64,000 bases of DNA from NCBI GenBank assembly GCA_032718475.1, contig JAUCBJ010006404.1, forward strand, positions 1-64,000, read 5' to 3'. The DNA comes from Nemertoderma westbladi. Its lineage: Eukaryota > Animalia > Xenacoelomorpha. Below the pieces are notes generated by a model. That model was not told where the DNA came from and searched no databases. It was given only the letters and a program-made list of their open reading frames with translations. Of this stretch, positions 1 to 13,000 are shown one piece after another (position 1 is the stretch's first letter; each line of letters opens with the position of its first letter). A program made the position numbers and the translations under genes.

Positions 1-1018
1 TTACTAATGTATAACGACTTCACTTTCTGTAATTTTGCTCGCTTATGTAAGTATTCAGGAGCTCCGATATCACAATCACTGCCCCGTGATTGTTCGACAT
101 GGTATTCCTCTTGGGTTCCCAATTGATTCCTAGTATAATCTCCTCCACTGTCTTCTGAACTGCCATCGCTATTAAGTTCATCATATTGACCATTCATCGT
201 TTTGAAAGTATTATTCCTTGTGCCGTTGGTATTCTGTTAAATATATTTGTGGAAAACCTAAAAAATTACACCAAATTATAGAATTATTATTGTTTATATT
301 TCTATTTCAGATAAGGGGGGGGGGGGGGGTATACCATTCTCGGACAACTCTTCGATTTATCACTCTCAGCGTTTCAAAATTGTTTGGTATTGGCTATAAT
401 TTGAAAATAGGTTCCGAAGATGCTATAATCTACATGACAGGTCAGATAAAATTATTTCTCGATATTTAATATTAGTTAATACTAGTTAACAATAAAAAAC
501 TTGTTTACGCTTAAAACCCAAAGGCTATTACAGTTTTGAACCTAATTACATGAAAGTTTTTTTATGTGATAGATCAAAGATGAGGCAACATAACAGTCTG
601 GCGAAATTTTGTGAAAATAATTCTGCACCGCTAGGTGGCGCTGCAAATTTATGCTAATTTTTTAGGTTTATTATAAATAGTATTAAATTTTATTAATAAA
701 AAATTTCAAAAAGTTGTCTGATATTTTATGCAGGATGGCTATGTAGACACCCACAGAAATTTTCAGACTAATTGCTCAAAAATTGTTGAAGTAGTAGGGT
801 TTTGAAGTTGACAATTTCATAAAAAAATATTTGGAGATAATCGACCTTTCATTATACATAGTAATAGTAATTTCAATAGGTCCCCCTAAATGTAAATTGT
901 TATAACTTGACAACTAAAAGAACTATTAAACAGCAGTTCTCAGATTTGGAAACACCATTTAATCGTGCATTATATTTATTCCAAAATTGTAACATTACTC
1001 AATGCCGTTAGTATTAAC

Positions 1019-2983
1019 GGATGTAGGACAATTCGGTCCCGGACAATTCGGTCCCGGACAATTCGGTCCCGGACAATTCGGTCCCGGACAATTCGGTCCC
1101 GGACAATTCGGTCCGGACAATTCGGTCCGGACAATTCGGTCCCGGACAATTCGGTCCCGGACAATTCGGTCCCGGACAATTCGGTCCGGACAATTCGGTC
1201 CCGGACAATTCGGTCCCGGACAATTCGGTCCCAAAACACTAAATAAATGGGACCGAAATGTCCGGGACCGAATAGTCCGGGTCCGAATTGTCCTAGGACC
1301 GAATTTTCCGGGACCGAAATGTCCGGGACCGAATTGTCCGGGACCGAATTGTACGGGACCGAATTGTACGGGACCGAATTGTCCGGGACCGAATTGTGCG
1401 GGACCGAATAGTCCGGGTCCGAATTGTCCGGGACCGAATTGTCCGGTACCGAATTGTCCGGGACCGAATTGTACGGGAACGAATTGTCCGGGACCGAATT
1501 GTACGGGACCGAATTGTCCGGGACCGAATTGTCCGGGACCGAATTGTCCGGTTCCTGATGGCAACTTTTTAATGCTTTTTTGATATTGGTGAATGTTCTA
1601 GAACATTAGTAGAGATATTTGTTATGGTAGCTAGTGTTATTTACTTGATATAATTTTTTGAAATTTTAAAAAGTAGTTATTAGTAGGTATAAGTTATTGG
1701 TAGTGTTCGAGAATATTATTATATATTATTTATTAAGGTGTAGCTAGTGTTTCCTTGAAATTATAAAAACACTTGTGAAAACATTGAAATTTCAGAATTA
1801 ATCTGTTGCTGATTATATTAATTACCAACAATATTGATGATACTGTATTATAACAGTCCCTGAATGAGATCCAGCTATTATCTAGGATAATAATTTAGGC
1901 TTGTTAACCAACCAACAACACATACACATACAGTATACTTAAAAATCAGTTTTACACATTTTAAATACATACTATTACTAGCTAGTAAGTAATTCACAAG
2001 CTCCATAAAAACACCATAGCTACCATAAATAATAATGTAAACAAAAAAAAGTAAATTTTTTTCATTTAAAAAAAAATACTAGCTAGTAAAAAAAACACTA
2101 GCTGCCATATAATAATATTATACAGTACCAATTAAATTTGGTCCCGGACAATTCGGTCCTGGACAATTCGGTCCCGGACAATTCGGCCCGGACAATTCGG
2201 TCCCGGACAATTCGGTCCCAGACAATTCGGTCCCGCACAATTCGGTCCCATTAATATGCATGTTTGGGACCGAATTGTCCTAGTCAGTATCCGGACAATT
2301 CGGTCCCGGACAATTCGGTCCCAAAACACTAAATTAAAGGGACCGAATTGTCCGGGCTCTTTTTCGGAAACGGGGGCATATTTTCCTGAATAGTTCCAGG
2401 TGAATGTTCTTATAGTAGATATTTTGTTATGGTAGCTACTAGCTAGTGGTTTTTTACTAGCTAGTATTTTTTTTATATAATTTCAAAAAGTTCTAGCTAG
2501 TAAAAAATCACTGTGTTAGCTACCATAAAAAAACACTATTAGTAATCTAGTTATTAATATTCAAAAAGTTCTAGCTAGTAAAAAATCACTGTGTTAGCTA
2601 CCTACCATAAAAAAAACACAATTAGTAATCTAGTTATTAATATTCTAGAATATTATATTTTAGTTACTATAAATTAATTTCTAATCAATAGTACTCTTCC
2701 GTGAATGCATAAATGGTATTGTTTATTTTATTAATAAATACTACTACTACTACTACTACTAGGTCGAGCGAACTCGGACACTAGCTTCATAAATACTAGC
2801 TACCATAAATTCTAGAATATAAATGAGTTCAATATCAATATTTTCATTCATGAATAGTCTTAAAATGTAAAAAAAAATGACTTGCAATTTTTTTGAAAAT
2901 ATGCCCCCGTTTCCGAAAAAGAGCCATTGTCCGGGACCGAATTGTCCGGACCGAATTGTCCGGGACCGAATTGTCCTGCTTCC
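1019..2983. mobile_element. Non-autonomous Mutator/Foldback-like DNA transposon with 15-bp tandem-repeat arms
   Basis: Termini GGATGTAGGACAATTCGG...CCGAATTGTCCTGCTTCC. Exact 9-bp TSD AGTATTAAC at 1010-1018 and 2984-2992. Blocks of (GGACAATTCGGTCCC)n in both orientations, with internal AT-rich inverted arms. Confidence 0.85.
2740..2780 (-). mobile_element. Extreme 3' tip of an RTE LINE with (TAG)n tail
   Basis: The minus strand reads TGTCCGAGTTCGCTCGACC(TAG)n, matching the 3' end of the RTE copy at 37164-37293. Confidence 0.65.
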
Positions 2984-3816
2984 AGTATTAACAGCGAGTT
3001 GTTATTTAGCACTTTACAACTTTAGAGAACATTACCGCATTGTATTGAGCTGTACATTAGTATTGTATTAGTATTAGGTAATGTCCGGACCGCGAGCTGT
3101 AAAGTTTCACTGTCATGTTTACCACGTAAACAATCGGGGGTATTTAATATTAATTGCCTGACAGCCAGATAGGCCTAAGTACTTCATTACCTACCGGTAG
3201 GCGGTATAGCTATTAATAACCAGTAGCTATAAACTATTAACATGGCTCCAAACGCCACCATAAATATAAGCTAACGTTTTTATAACTGAATTTATGTCAT
3301 TTTTACATTTATTTTATACAGCAACTAATTTAATTTGTGCAGTTTCTATCACTTATAATATATATGTACAATCATTTCGTAATGTTAAAATTTTGGAATA
3401 ATGACTATTTACATTCTTGTGTGTAAAGTAGCACGCTACAGTGTGATGATCCGAGTGGCTTTGTTACACGAACGAACGTTAGTGAGTGAGTGAATGAAAA
3501 TAAAGCCACGAGGATCAGAACACTGTAAAGTACTTTGCAACAAGTTTGTATGTAGTTTTATTCCAAAATTCTAACATTACGAAATGATTGTATATATATT
3601 ATAAGTGATAGAAACTGCACAAATTATATTAGTTGCTGTATAAATAATTGTAAAAATGACATAAATTATGTTATAAATAAGTTAGCTTATATTTATGGTG
3701 GCGTTTGGAGCCATGTTATAATAATATAGCTAGGCCCTACTGGTTATTAATAGCTATACCCCGACTACCGGTAGGTAATGCAGTAGGCCTATCCGGCTGT
3801 CAGGCAAATTTCCACC

Positions 3817-3905
3817 TATTGTTTACGTGGTAACCATGACGGCGTTAAGTAATGTCCACTAGGGGGACATTACTTAACGCCGTCATGGTTACCACGTAAA
3901 CAATA
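3817..3905. repeat. Perfect 41-bp inverted repeat with 7-nt loop
   Basis: TATTGTTTACGTGGTAACCATGACGGCGTTAAGTAATGTCC (3817-3857), loop ACTAGGG, then the exact reverse complement at 3865-3905. Confidence 0.95.
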
Positions 3906-4726
3906 ACACCAAATACAATACTAAATGTACAGGCCAGTAAAATGCTGTAATGTCCTCTAAAGTTGTAAAGTGCTAAATAACAACTCGCTGTTAATACTAA
4001 CGGCGCTGAGTAATGTTACAATTTTGGAATATAACTATATATACAAACTTGTTTCAAAGTACTTCAGTGTTCTGATCCTCGTGGCTTTATTTTCACTCAC
4101 TCACTACATTTGTTCGTGTAACAAGGCACTCGAATCATCACACTGTAAAGTGCACTTTACACACAAGCATGTAAATAGTTATTGCAGATAGGAATATGGC
4201 GTAAATAGTAGCTCATTATGATTACTAGCAAAATTTAACTGTATCCTGCGCCATTGACTTTCAGTTATTGTTTTGGTTAGAATAACGTGTCCCTGAACCT
4301 GCTACTTCCCCATAATTGATCATTTTAACATTGTGATGAGATGTTAATGATATATTTAGACGAGATTGAGACGAGATGTTGTCGTGTTTCGCACAACAAT
4401 CGATATAAATACTTGGATATATGTACAAAACAAATACTTTGAAATCATGATACTTTATTAATGATTTACTTTGAACAATAATTTACTAGAATGAAATCAT
4501 ATTCTACAACAACGAAATTGTAATAAACCCTTTGAATAATACGTACTGTAATATCCTACCAAATATATTTTCTGTACACAAATAATAATTTCAGCTGTTT
4601 AAACTGTTCCGATCCTATAATCATTGAATAAATACAACACTCTACAACCGCATTCAACTAGCTAATATTGTCATTAAGACACTCGAAATTGAATGTAAAT
4701 CCTGTTACTAATTAGTATATCTCACA

Positions 4727-5721
4727 ATGTTAATGATATATTTAGACGATATTGAGACGAGATATTAATGATATATTTAGACGAGATTGAGACGAGATGT
4801 TAATGATATATTTAGACGAGATTGAGACGAGATGTTAATGATATATTTAGACGAGATTGAGACGAGATGTTAATGATATATTTAGACGAGATTGAGACGA
4901 GATGTTAATGATATATTTAGACGAGATTGAGACGAGATGTTAATGATATATTTAGACGAGATTGAGACGAGATGTTAATGATATATTTAGACGAGATTGA
5001 GACGAGATGTTAATGATATATTTACACGAGATTGAGACGAGATGTTAATGATATATTTACACGAGATTGAGACAAGATGTTAATGATATATTTACACGAG
5101 ATTGAGACGAGATGTTAATGATATATTTAGACGAGATTGAGACGAGATGTTAATGATATATTTAGACGAGATTGAGACGAGATGTTAATGATATATTTAG
5201 ACGAGATTGAGACGAGATGTTAATGATATATTTAGACGAGATTGAGACGAGATGTTAATGATATATTTACACGAGATTGAGACAAGATATTAATGATATA
5301 TTTAGACGAGATTGAGACGAGATGTTAATGATATATTTAGACGAGATTGAGACGAGATGTTAGTGATATATTTAGACGAGATTGAGACGAGATGTTAATG
5401 ATATATTTAGACGAGATTGAGACGAGATGTTAGTGATATATTTAGACGAGATTGAGACGAGATGTTAATGATATATTTAGACGAGATTGAGACGAGATGT
5501 TAATGATATATTTACACGAGATTGAGACAAGATATTAATGATATATTTAGACGAGATTGAGACGAGATGTTAATGATATATTTAGACGAGATTGAGACGA
5601 GATGTTAATGATATATTTAGACGAGATTGAGACGAGATGTTAATGATATATTTTGACGAGATTGAGACGAGATGTTAATGATATATTTAGACGAGATTGA
5701 GACGAGATGTTAATGATATAT
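4727..5721. repeat. 35-bp tandem repeat, about 28 copies
   Basis: Unit GATGTTAATGATATATTTAGACGAGATTGAGACGA with no spacers. A solo copy lies at about 4338-4380. Confidence 0.95.
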
Positions 5722-5929
5722 AGGTAAAGGTAAAGTTTCAGTTACACTAAAACAACAGTTACTGTATTACCTACATTAACTTAGATTACTATCTGCATCT
5801 CGGCTGATAAAGTTGAACGAAAATTCAGCAGTAGCCTATTGCGGCGGCTGAACAAAGTCATGTGGTTGCGGTCGAACGATGTCGGCTGGCTGTCGCTGAA
5901 TGATTGCAGGATGGGGACCTGGGTTTCAA

Positions 5930-6216
5930 CTTGTGTATTGGTTTGGTTGTATTGAATTCGCATTTCTCCGGAGGACGTGAGTTCAATCCCAGGGTTAGAG
6001 CCAGAGGTCAGAGCAGTTTTCGTTTCGATACGAATGCTTTAAAGGACTGTGACTTGCATCCTTAAATGATAGCTAAATGAGTACTGGCGTTTCCAGGTTT
6101 CCTCTAGAGATTATATTTCTGGGGGAACAGCACTGGAAATAAGTCTTCAGACTTTGTGCGTAATCCCTGGCCTAACGGGTGAAGAAAACTTTTACATTAT
6201 TTTTTACTTTTACTTT
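5930..6216 (+). mobile_element. Possible tRNA-derived SINE
   Basis: B-box-like GAGTTCAATCCC near 5979, a 3' stem-loop GCACTGGAAATAAGTC-TTCA-GACTTTGTGC resembling CR1-group LINE tails, and a (TTTTAC)n-like tail. Confidence 0.45.
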
Positions 6217-7144
6217 GGGTTGGCATAATGAAACAATTAGCCATGTTACTGAGTTAAAACTTTTCAGATTCCTATTGCCAAACTGTAAAGAACGTTGGAA
6301 ATCTCAATAATATATACTACAAACAATTAACGTCAAAATTTCGAAGCTATATAATTTGAATGCTGCCACAACCGCGATAAATAGGAAATGTATAACTGCA
6401 TGGTAGAGCTAATGCAGTAATGGTAATAAATTACACTGCATAAATTGCACCAACGCAAATGTAATTTTAATGGGGAAATCCAGATGCGCGTTTATATGCG
6501 TAAGTGGTACATAAGCGACTGCACTGTATCAAATGACAAAATAGCCATCAGACGCCATCTGTTTCTAAGAATTTTTATTACTGTCATTACTCAATAGATC
6601 AAAGCGACAATAATTGTTACTTCGACGAATGGTTACTACGGATTAGGCATCTCATATACCTATGCTCGTATTAACATTATCATAAAGTAATCGTTGACAG
6701 GCAAGACATGACTCACTCTTAGTTAACTAAGTAGTTAACTAAACTCCATTGTTCCACCATGAGGCAATTAGACCACGTACACACACACAGCAAGATGAGA
6801 CATCATCTATTTATTGAAAACTATTTATGACGGCAATTTTCTTAGAAGCATAAAGGGATGCCGAGCAGAACATTTTATATATAATATTAGTTAGTCAGTA
6901 TTGTTAAATAATTGGGGTTGACACATTATCAGCTGCTCTCCGTTAATATGCTTTGTGAGCTTTATTGCTAATTCTTCTGGACCAATATTATAGGCGATTC
7001 ATTCAATGTTTTTTGTTGTTGCTATAAACTAGCATGATTTGCAGAGACTGGTCGATAATTTGCATCCAATAATTTATGTCAATCAATGATATAATGGACA
7101 TGGATTCTTGTTTCAAGACATACTGAGGACATTGGGGTGTGTTG

Positions 7145-7170
7145 GTGTGTGTGTGTGTGTGTGTGTGTGT
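7145..7170. repeat. (GT)n microsatellite
   Basis: Direct reading. Confidence 0.9.
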
Positions 7171-7473
7171 CTGTATTGTATTTAAGTATGCTGTGGAACT
7201 TTTCGAAATTATGTCGATGACGAATAATATTGCAACTAGTGTCCCCAAATGGTAGCTGTCTGCTGTGTTCATCTTAAACAGCTCACTACCCCATGTTAGG
7301 ATTTTTACTGTCAGATAATTGTAAACGGTATTCGAACAGAATTGGAAATGCGTTATATGTCTTTGACCAAGGTCACTATACCGACTATATACTACGCCGA
7401 GGCTTATTCAATGGCCTGTCTGAGCGAAATTACGCAACCGCAACGACCTATATCACCCATAATTATCGGAATT

Positions 7474-7630
7474 TTAGCAGTATCTTCTACGCAGGCAGTC
7501 TAAGATAGCCATGGGTTGTCCACCATGCTTGTTCTCTCCATATTGGGCAGTGTCTGTTTGTTTCTCACGGCGAAAGCAATGGTGTGCAATGAGGAGGCGG
7601 GTCTGTTTAAGTGTCAAGCTTTGGGGGACT
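7474..7630 (-). mobile_element. Decayed RTE LINE C-terminal fragment
   Basis: Translation LKQTRLLIAHHCFRRE...HGGQP resembles the RTE RT C-terminus (RRL.FAGHC.R). A similar copy lies at about 58820-58938. Confidence 0.55.
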
Positions 7631-7703
7631 AACAATAATATCGTAATTAATATCTTAACAAATTGGGAATGTACAAAACTCGGTGGTAACATCTTATTGC
7701 TCT

Positions 7704-7963
7704 GACAGTGTCCAAATGGATACGGCGCCTGGACTTCTGGCACAATAGTGTTTGGTGGCGCAGGTTCGAATACGACAAAAGGATGTAGAGATTTCGCACT
7801 GTTGTGTCTCTAGGCAAGACACTTAAGACATCAGTGTCTTCGTCAACCCAGTAGTATAATGGGAACCTGTCTTTGCAGTCTTTGTCTAATAATAATAAAA
7901 GCGCTTTGAGTATGCAGAGCGTAGAAAAGCGCTATATAAATAATCAATATTATTATTATTATT
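7704..7963 (+). mobile_element. tRNA-derived SINE with L2-type tail
   Basis: Head TGTCCAAATGG...GCAGGTTCGAAT (A/B boxes), central GTGTCTCTAGGCAAGACACTT...AACCCAGTAGTATAATGGGAACC, and 3' AAAGCGCTTTGAG...AAAAGCGCTATATAAAT followed by (ATT)n. Confidence 0.8.
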
Positions 7964-8308
7964 ATAGCGAAGGCAGTAATACCCTCCACCACCCGACAGG
8001 CCAGCCTGGCAACCGACCGACGACCACGGAATAAAGTAGCACTTAGCCATTGAGATTCAATATTTTCATAAATATTTTAGTGACATGGATTACAATATTG
8101 GGATACCAACTAACTATTATTCATATGTACCCAAGGACAGTTTGATTTTATTCAAATGAAAAGCGCCATTCTTAAGGATGGCAATCCTGAAATTTATGGC
8201 AGTTAAATGGCAGGCAGTATAATACTGGGGAGTCACTAAACATTCCTGAATTCACATAAGAGAGAATACCTCGTTATTTATCAATGCAGACTTCAAACAA
8301 AATTTTAA

Positions 8309-9990
8309 AGAATTTGAGGGTACCGGTACTATTATTAGAACGAAGAATTTGAGGGTACCGGTACTATTATTAGAACGAAGAATTTGAGGGTACCGGTACT
8401 ATTATTAGAACGAAGAATTTGAGGGTACCGGTACTATTATTAGAACGAAGAATTTGAGGGTACTGGTACTATTATTAGAACGAAGAATTTGAGGGTACCG
8501 GTACTATTATTAGAACGAAGAATTTGAGGGTACCGGTACTATTATTAGAACGAAGAATTTGAGGGTACCGGTATTATTATTAGAACGAAGAATTTGAGGG
8601 TACCGGTACTATTATTAGAACAAAGAATTTGAGGGTACCGGTACTATTATTAGAACGAAGAATTTGAGGGTACCGGTACTATTATTAGAACGAAGAATTT
8701 GAGGGTACCGGTACTATTATTAGAATGAAGAATTTGAGGGTACTGGTACTATTATTAGAACGAAGAATTTGAGGGTACCGGTACTATTATTAGAACGAAG
8801 AATTTGAGGGTACCGGTACTATTATTAGAACGAAGAATTTGAGGGTACAGGTACTATTATTATAACGAAGAATTTGAGGGTACCGGTACTATTATTAGAA
8901 CGAATAATTTGAGGGTACCGGTACTATTATTAGAACGAAGAATTTGAGGGTACCAGTACTATTATTAGAACAAAGAATTTGAGGGTACCGGTACTATTAT
9001 TAGAACGAAGAATTTGAGGGTACCGGTACTATTATTAGAATGAAGAATTTGAGGGTACCGGTATTATTATTAGAACGAAGAATTTGAGGGTACCGGTACT
9101 ATTATTAGAACGAAGAATTTGAGGGTACCGGTACTATTATTAGAGCGAAGAATTTGAGGGTACCGGTACTATTATTAGAACGAAGAATTTGAGGGTACCG
9201 GTACTATTATTAGAACGAAGAATTTGAGGGTACTGGTACTATTATTAGAACGAAGAATTTGAGGGTACTGGTACTATTATTAGAACGAAGAATTTGAGGG
9301 TACCAGTACTATTATTAGAACGAAGAATTTGAGGGTACCGGTACTATTATTAGAACGAAGAATTTGAGGGTACCGGTACTATTATTAGAACAAAGAATTT
9401 GAGGGTACCGGTACTATTATTAGAACGAAGAATTTGAGGGTACCGGTACTATTATTAGAATGAAGAATTTGAGGGTACCGGTACTATTATTAGAACAAAG
9501 AATTTGAGGGTACCGGTACTATTATTAGAACGAAGAATTTGAGGGTACCGGTACTATTATTAGAACGAAGAATTTGAGGGTACCAGTAGTATTATTAGAA
9601 CGAAGAATTTGAGGGTACTGGTACTATTATTAGAACGAAGAATTTGAGGGTACCGGTACAATTATTACAACGAAGAATTTGAGGGTACTGGTACTAATAT
9701 TATTAAAACAAAGAATTTGAGGGTACTGGTACTAATATTTAAACGAAGAACTTAAGGGTAGTGGTACTATTATTAGAACGAAGAATTTGAGGGTACCGGT
9801 ACTATTATTAGAACAAAGAATTTGAGGGTACCGGTACTATTATTAGAACGAAGAATTTGAGGGTACTGGTACTAATATTAGAACGAAGAATTTGAGGGTA
9901 CCGGTACTATTATTAGAACGACGATTTTGAGGGTACCGGTACTATTATTAGAACAAAGAATTTGAGGGTACTGGTACTATTATTAGAACG
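8309..9990. repeat. 35-bp tandem repeat, about 48 copies
   Basis: Unit AATTTGAGGGTACCGGTACTATTATTAGAACGAAG, containing the palindrome GTACCGGTAC. Confidence 0.95.
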
Positions 9991-10098
9991 GAAAATTTGA
10001 TAGTACGAAATTTAAACAGAAACTCTTTAATTTTTAAATATTAATATCAAAATGCTAAATATCCTTCTCTGTAAAATAGTATGGTTTACATTAAAAGA

Positions 10099-13000
10099 CT
10101 TTCTCCCCACATGCACCATTATCTTGATTTCTCCACACATGCACAATTATCTTGCTTTCTCCACACATGCACCATTATCTTGATTTCTCCACACATGCAC
10201 CATTATCTTGCTTTGTCCACACATTCACATGCATCATTTTCTGGCTTTCTCCACACATGCACCATTTGCTTGCTTTCTCCAGCACTATTATTTTGCATTC
10301 TCCACACATGCACCATTATCTTGCTCTCTCCACACATGCACCATTCTCTTGCTTTCTCCACACATGCACCATTACCTTGCGTTCTCCACACATGCACCAT
10401 TATCTTGCTCTCTCCACACATGCACCATTCTCTTGCTTTCTCCACACATGCACCATTATCTTGCTTTATCCACACATGCACCATTATCTTGCGTTCTCCT
10501 CACATGCACAATTATCTTGCTTTCTCCACACATGCACCCTTATATGGTTCTCTCCACACATGCACCATCCTCTTGCTTTCTTCACACATCCACCATTACA
10601 GTACCTTGCGTTCTCCATACATGCACCATTATCTTGCTTTCTCCACACATGCACCCTTATATGGCTTTCTTCATACATGCACCATTACCTTGCGTTCTCC
10701 ACACATGCACCATTACCTTGCGTTCTCCACACATGCACCCTTATATGGTTCTCTCCACACATGCACCATCCTCTTGCTTTCTTCACACATCCACCATTAC
10801 AGTACCTTGTGTTCTCCATACATGCACCATTATCTTGCTTTCTCCACACATGCACCCTTATATGGCTTTCTTCACAAATGCACCATCCTCTTGCTTTCTT
10901 CACACATGCACCATCCTCTTGCTTTCTTCACACATGCACCATTATCTTGCTTTCTCCACACATGCACCATTACCTTGCGTTCTCCACACATGCACCATTA
11001 TCTTGCGTTCTCCACACATGCACAATTATCTTGCTTTCTCCACACATGCACCCTTATATGGTTCTCTCCACACATGCACCATCCTCTTGCTTTCTTCACA
11101 CATGCACCATTACTTTACGTTCTCCACACATGCACAATTATCTTGCTTTCTCCACACATGCACCATTACCTTGCTTTCTCCATACATGCACCATTATCTT
11201 GCTTTCCCCACACAGGCATCATTTTCTTGCTTGCTCTCTCCACACATGAACCATATTCTTGCTTTCTCCACACATGCACCATTCTCTTGCTCTCACCACA
11301 CATGAACCATATTCTTGCTTTCTCCACACATGCACCATTCTCTTGCTCTCTCCACACATGAACCATATTCTTGCTTTCTCCACACATGCACCATTCTCTT
11401 GCTTTCTCCACACATGCACCATTCACTTGCTTTCTCCACACATGCACCATTCTCTTGCTCTCTCCACACATGGACCATATTCTTGCTTTCTCCACACATG
11501 CACCATTCTCTTGCTTTCTCCACACATGCACCCTTATATGGCTCTCTCCACACATGCACCATTCTCTTGCTTTCTCCACACATGCACCATTATCCTGCTT
11601 TCTCCACACATGCACCATTACCTTGCGTTCTCCACACATGCACCATTATATGGCTCTCTCCACACATGCTCCATTCTCTTGCTTTCTCCACACATGCACC
11701 CTTATATGGCTCTCTCCACACATGCACCATTCTCTTGCTTTCTCCACACATGCACCATTATCCTGCTTTCTCCACACATGCACCATTACCTTGCGTTCTC
11801 CACACATGCACCATTATCTTGCTTTCTCCACACATGCACCATTCTCTTGCTTTCTCCACACATGCACCATTATCTTGCTTTCTCCACACATGCACCATTC
11901 TCTTGCTTTCTCCACACATGCACCCTTATATGGCTCTCTCCACACATGCACCATTCTCTTGCTTTCTCCACACATGCACCATTCTCTTGCTTTCTCCACA
12001 CATGCACCCTTATATAGCTCTCTCCACACATGCACCATTCTCTTGCTTTCTCCACACATGCACCATTCTCTTGCTTTCTCCACACATGCACCCTTATATG
12101 GCTCTCTCCACACATGCACCATTCTCTTGCTTTCTCCACACATGCACCATTCTCTTGCTCTCTCCACACATGAACCACATTCTTGCATTCTCCACACATG
12201 CACCATTCTCTTGCTTTCTCCACACATGCACCATTCTCTTGCTTTCTCCACACATGCACCATTCTCTTGCTCTCTCCACACATGAAACATATTCTTGCTT
12301 TCTCCACACATGCACCATTCTCTTGCTTTCTCCACACATGCACCCTTATATGGCTCTCTCCACACATGCACCATTCTCTTGCTTTCTCCACACATGTACC
12401 ATTAAGCTGCTTTCTCCACACATGCACCATTACCTTGCGTTCTCCACACATGCACCATTATCTTGCTTTCTCCACACATGCACCATTCTCTTGCTTTCTC
12501 CACACATGCACCCTTATATGGCTCTCTCCACACATGCACCATTCTCTTGCTTTCTCCACACATGCACCATTCTCTTGCTTTCTCCACACATGCACCCTTA
12601 TATGGCTCTCTCCACACATGCACCATTCTCTTGCTTTCTCCACACATGCACCATTCTCTTGCGCTCTCCACACATGAACCACATTCTTGCATTCTCCACA
12701 CATGCACCATTCTCTTGCTTTCTCCACACATGCACCATTCTCTTGCTTTCTCCACACATGCACCATTCTCTTGCTCTCTCCACACATGAACCATATTCTT
12801 GCTTTCTCCACACATGCACCATTCTCTTGCTTTCTCCACACATGCACCCTTATATGGCTCTCTCCACACATGCACCATTCTCTTGCTTTCTCCACACATG
12901 CACCATTATCCTGCTTTCTCCACACATGCACCATTACCTTGCTTTCTCCACACATGCACCATTATCTTGCTTTCTCCACACATGCACCATTACCTTGCGT

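Larger units (their letters stand above)
966..4186. mobile_element. Cluster of nested inverted repeats (old MITE/foldback family, several partial copies)
   Basis: 966-1018 plus 2993-3070 is the reverse complement of about 3910-4040. About 3111-3400 pairs with about 3560-3840, and about 3405-3570 pairs with about 4020-4186. Non-coding. Confidence 0.7.

Noticed and set aside
300-900. MITE-like fragment (similar cases at about 38240-38700 and 43090-43560)
   Set aside because: It looks like old DNA-transposon internal sequence, but no TIR pair or TSD could be identified.
965-1583. GQFGP/GPNCP pentapeptide-repeat proteins
   Set aside because: These are the 15-bp tandem repeats of a TSD-flanked transposon arm, open in several frames on both strands.
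4727-9990. CRISPR-like 35-bp repeat arrays
   Set aside because: The units are contiguous with no unique spacers, there are no cas genes, and the context is eukaryotic.
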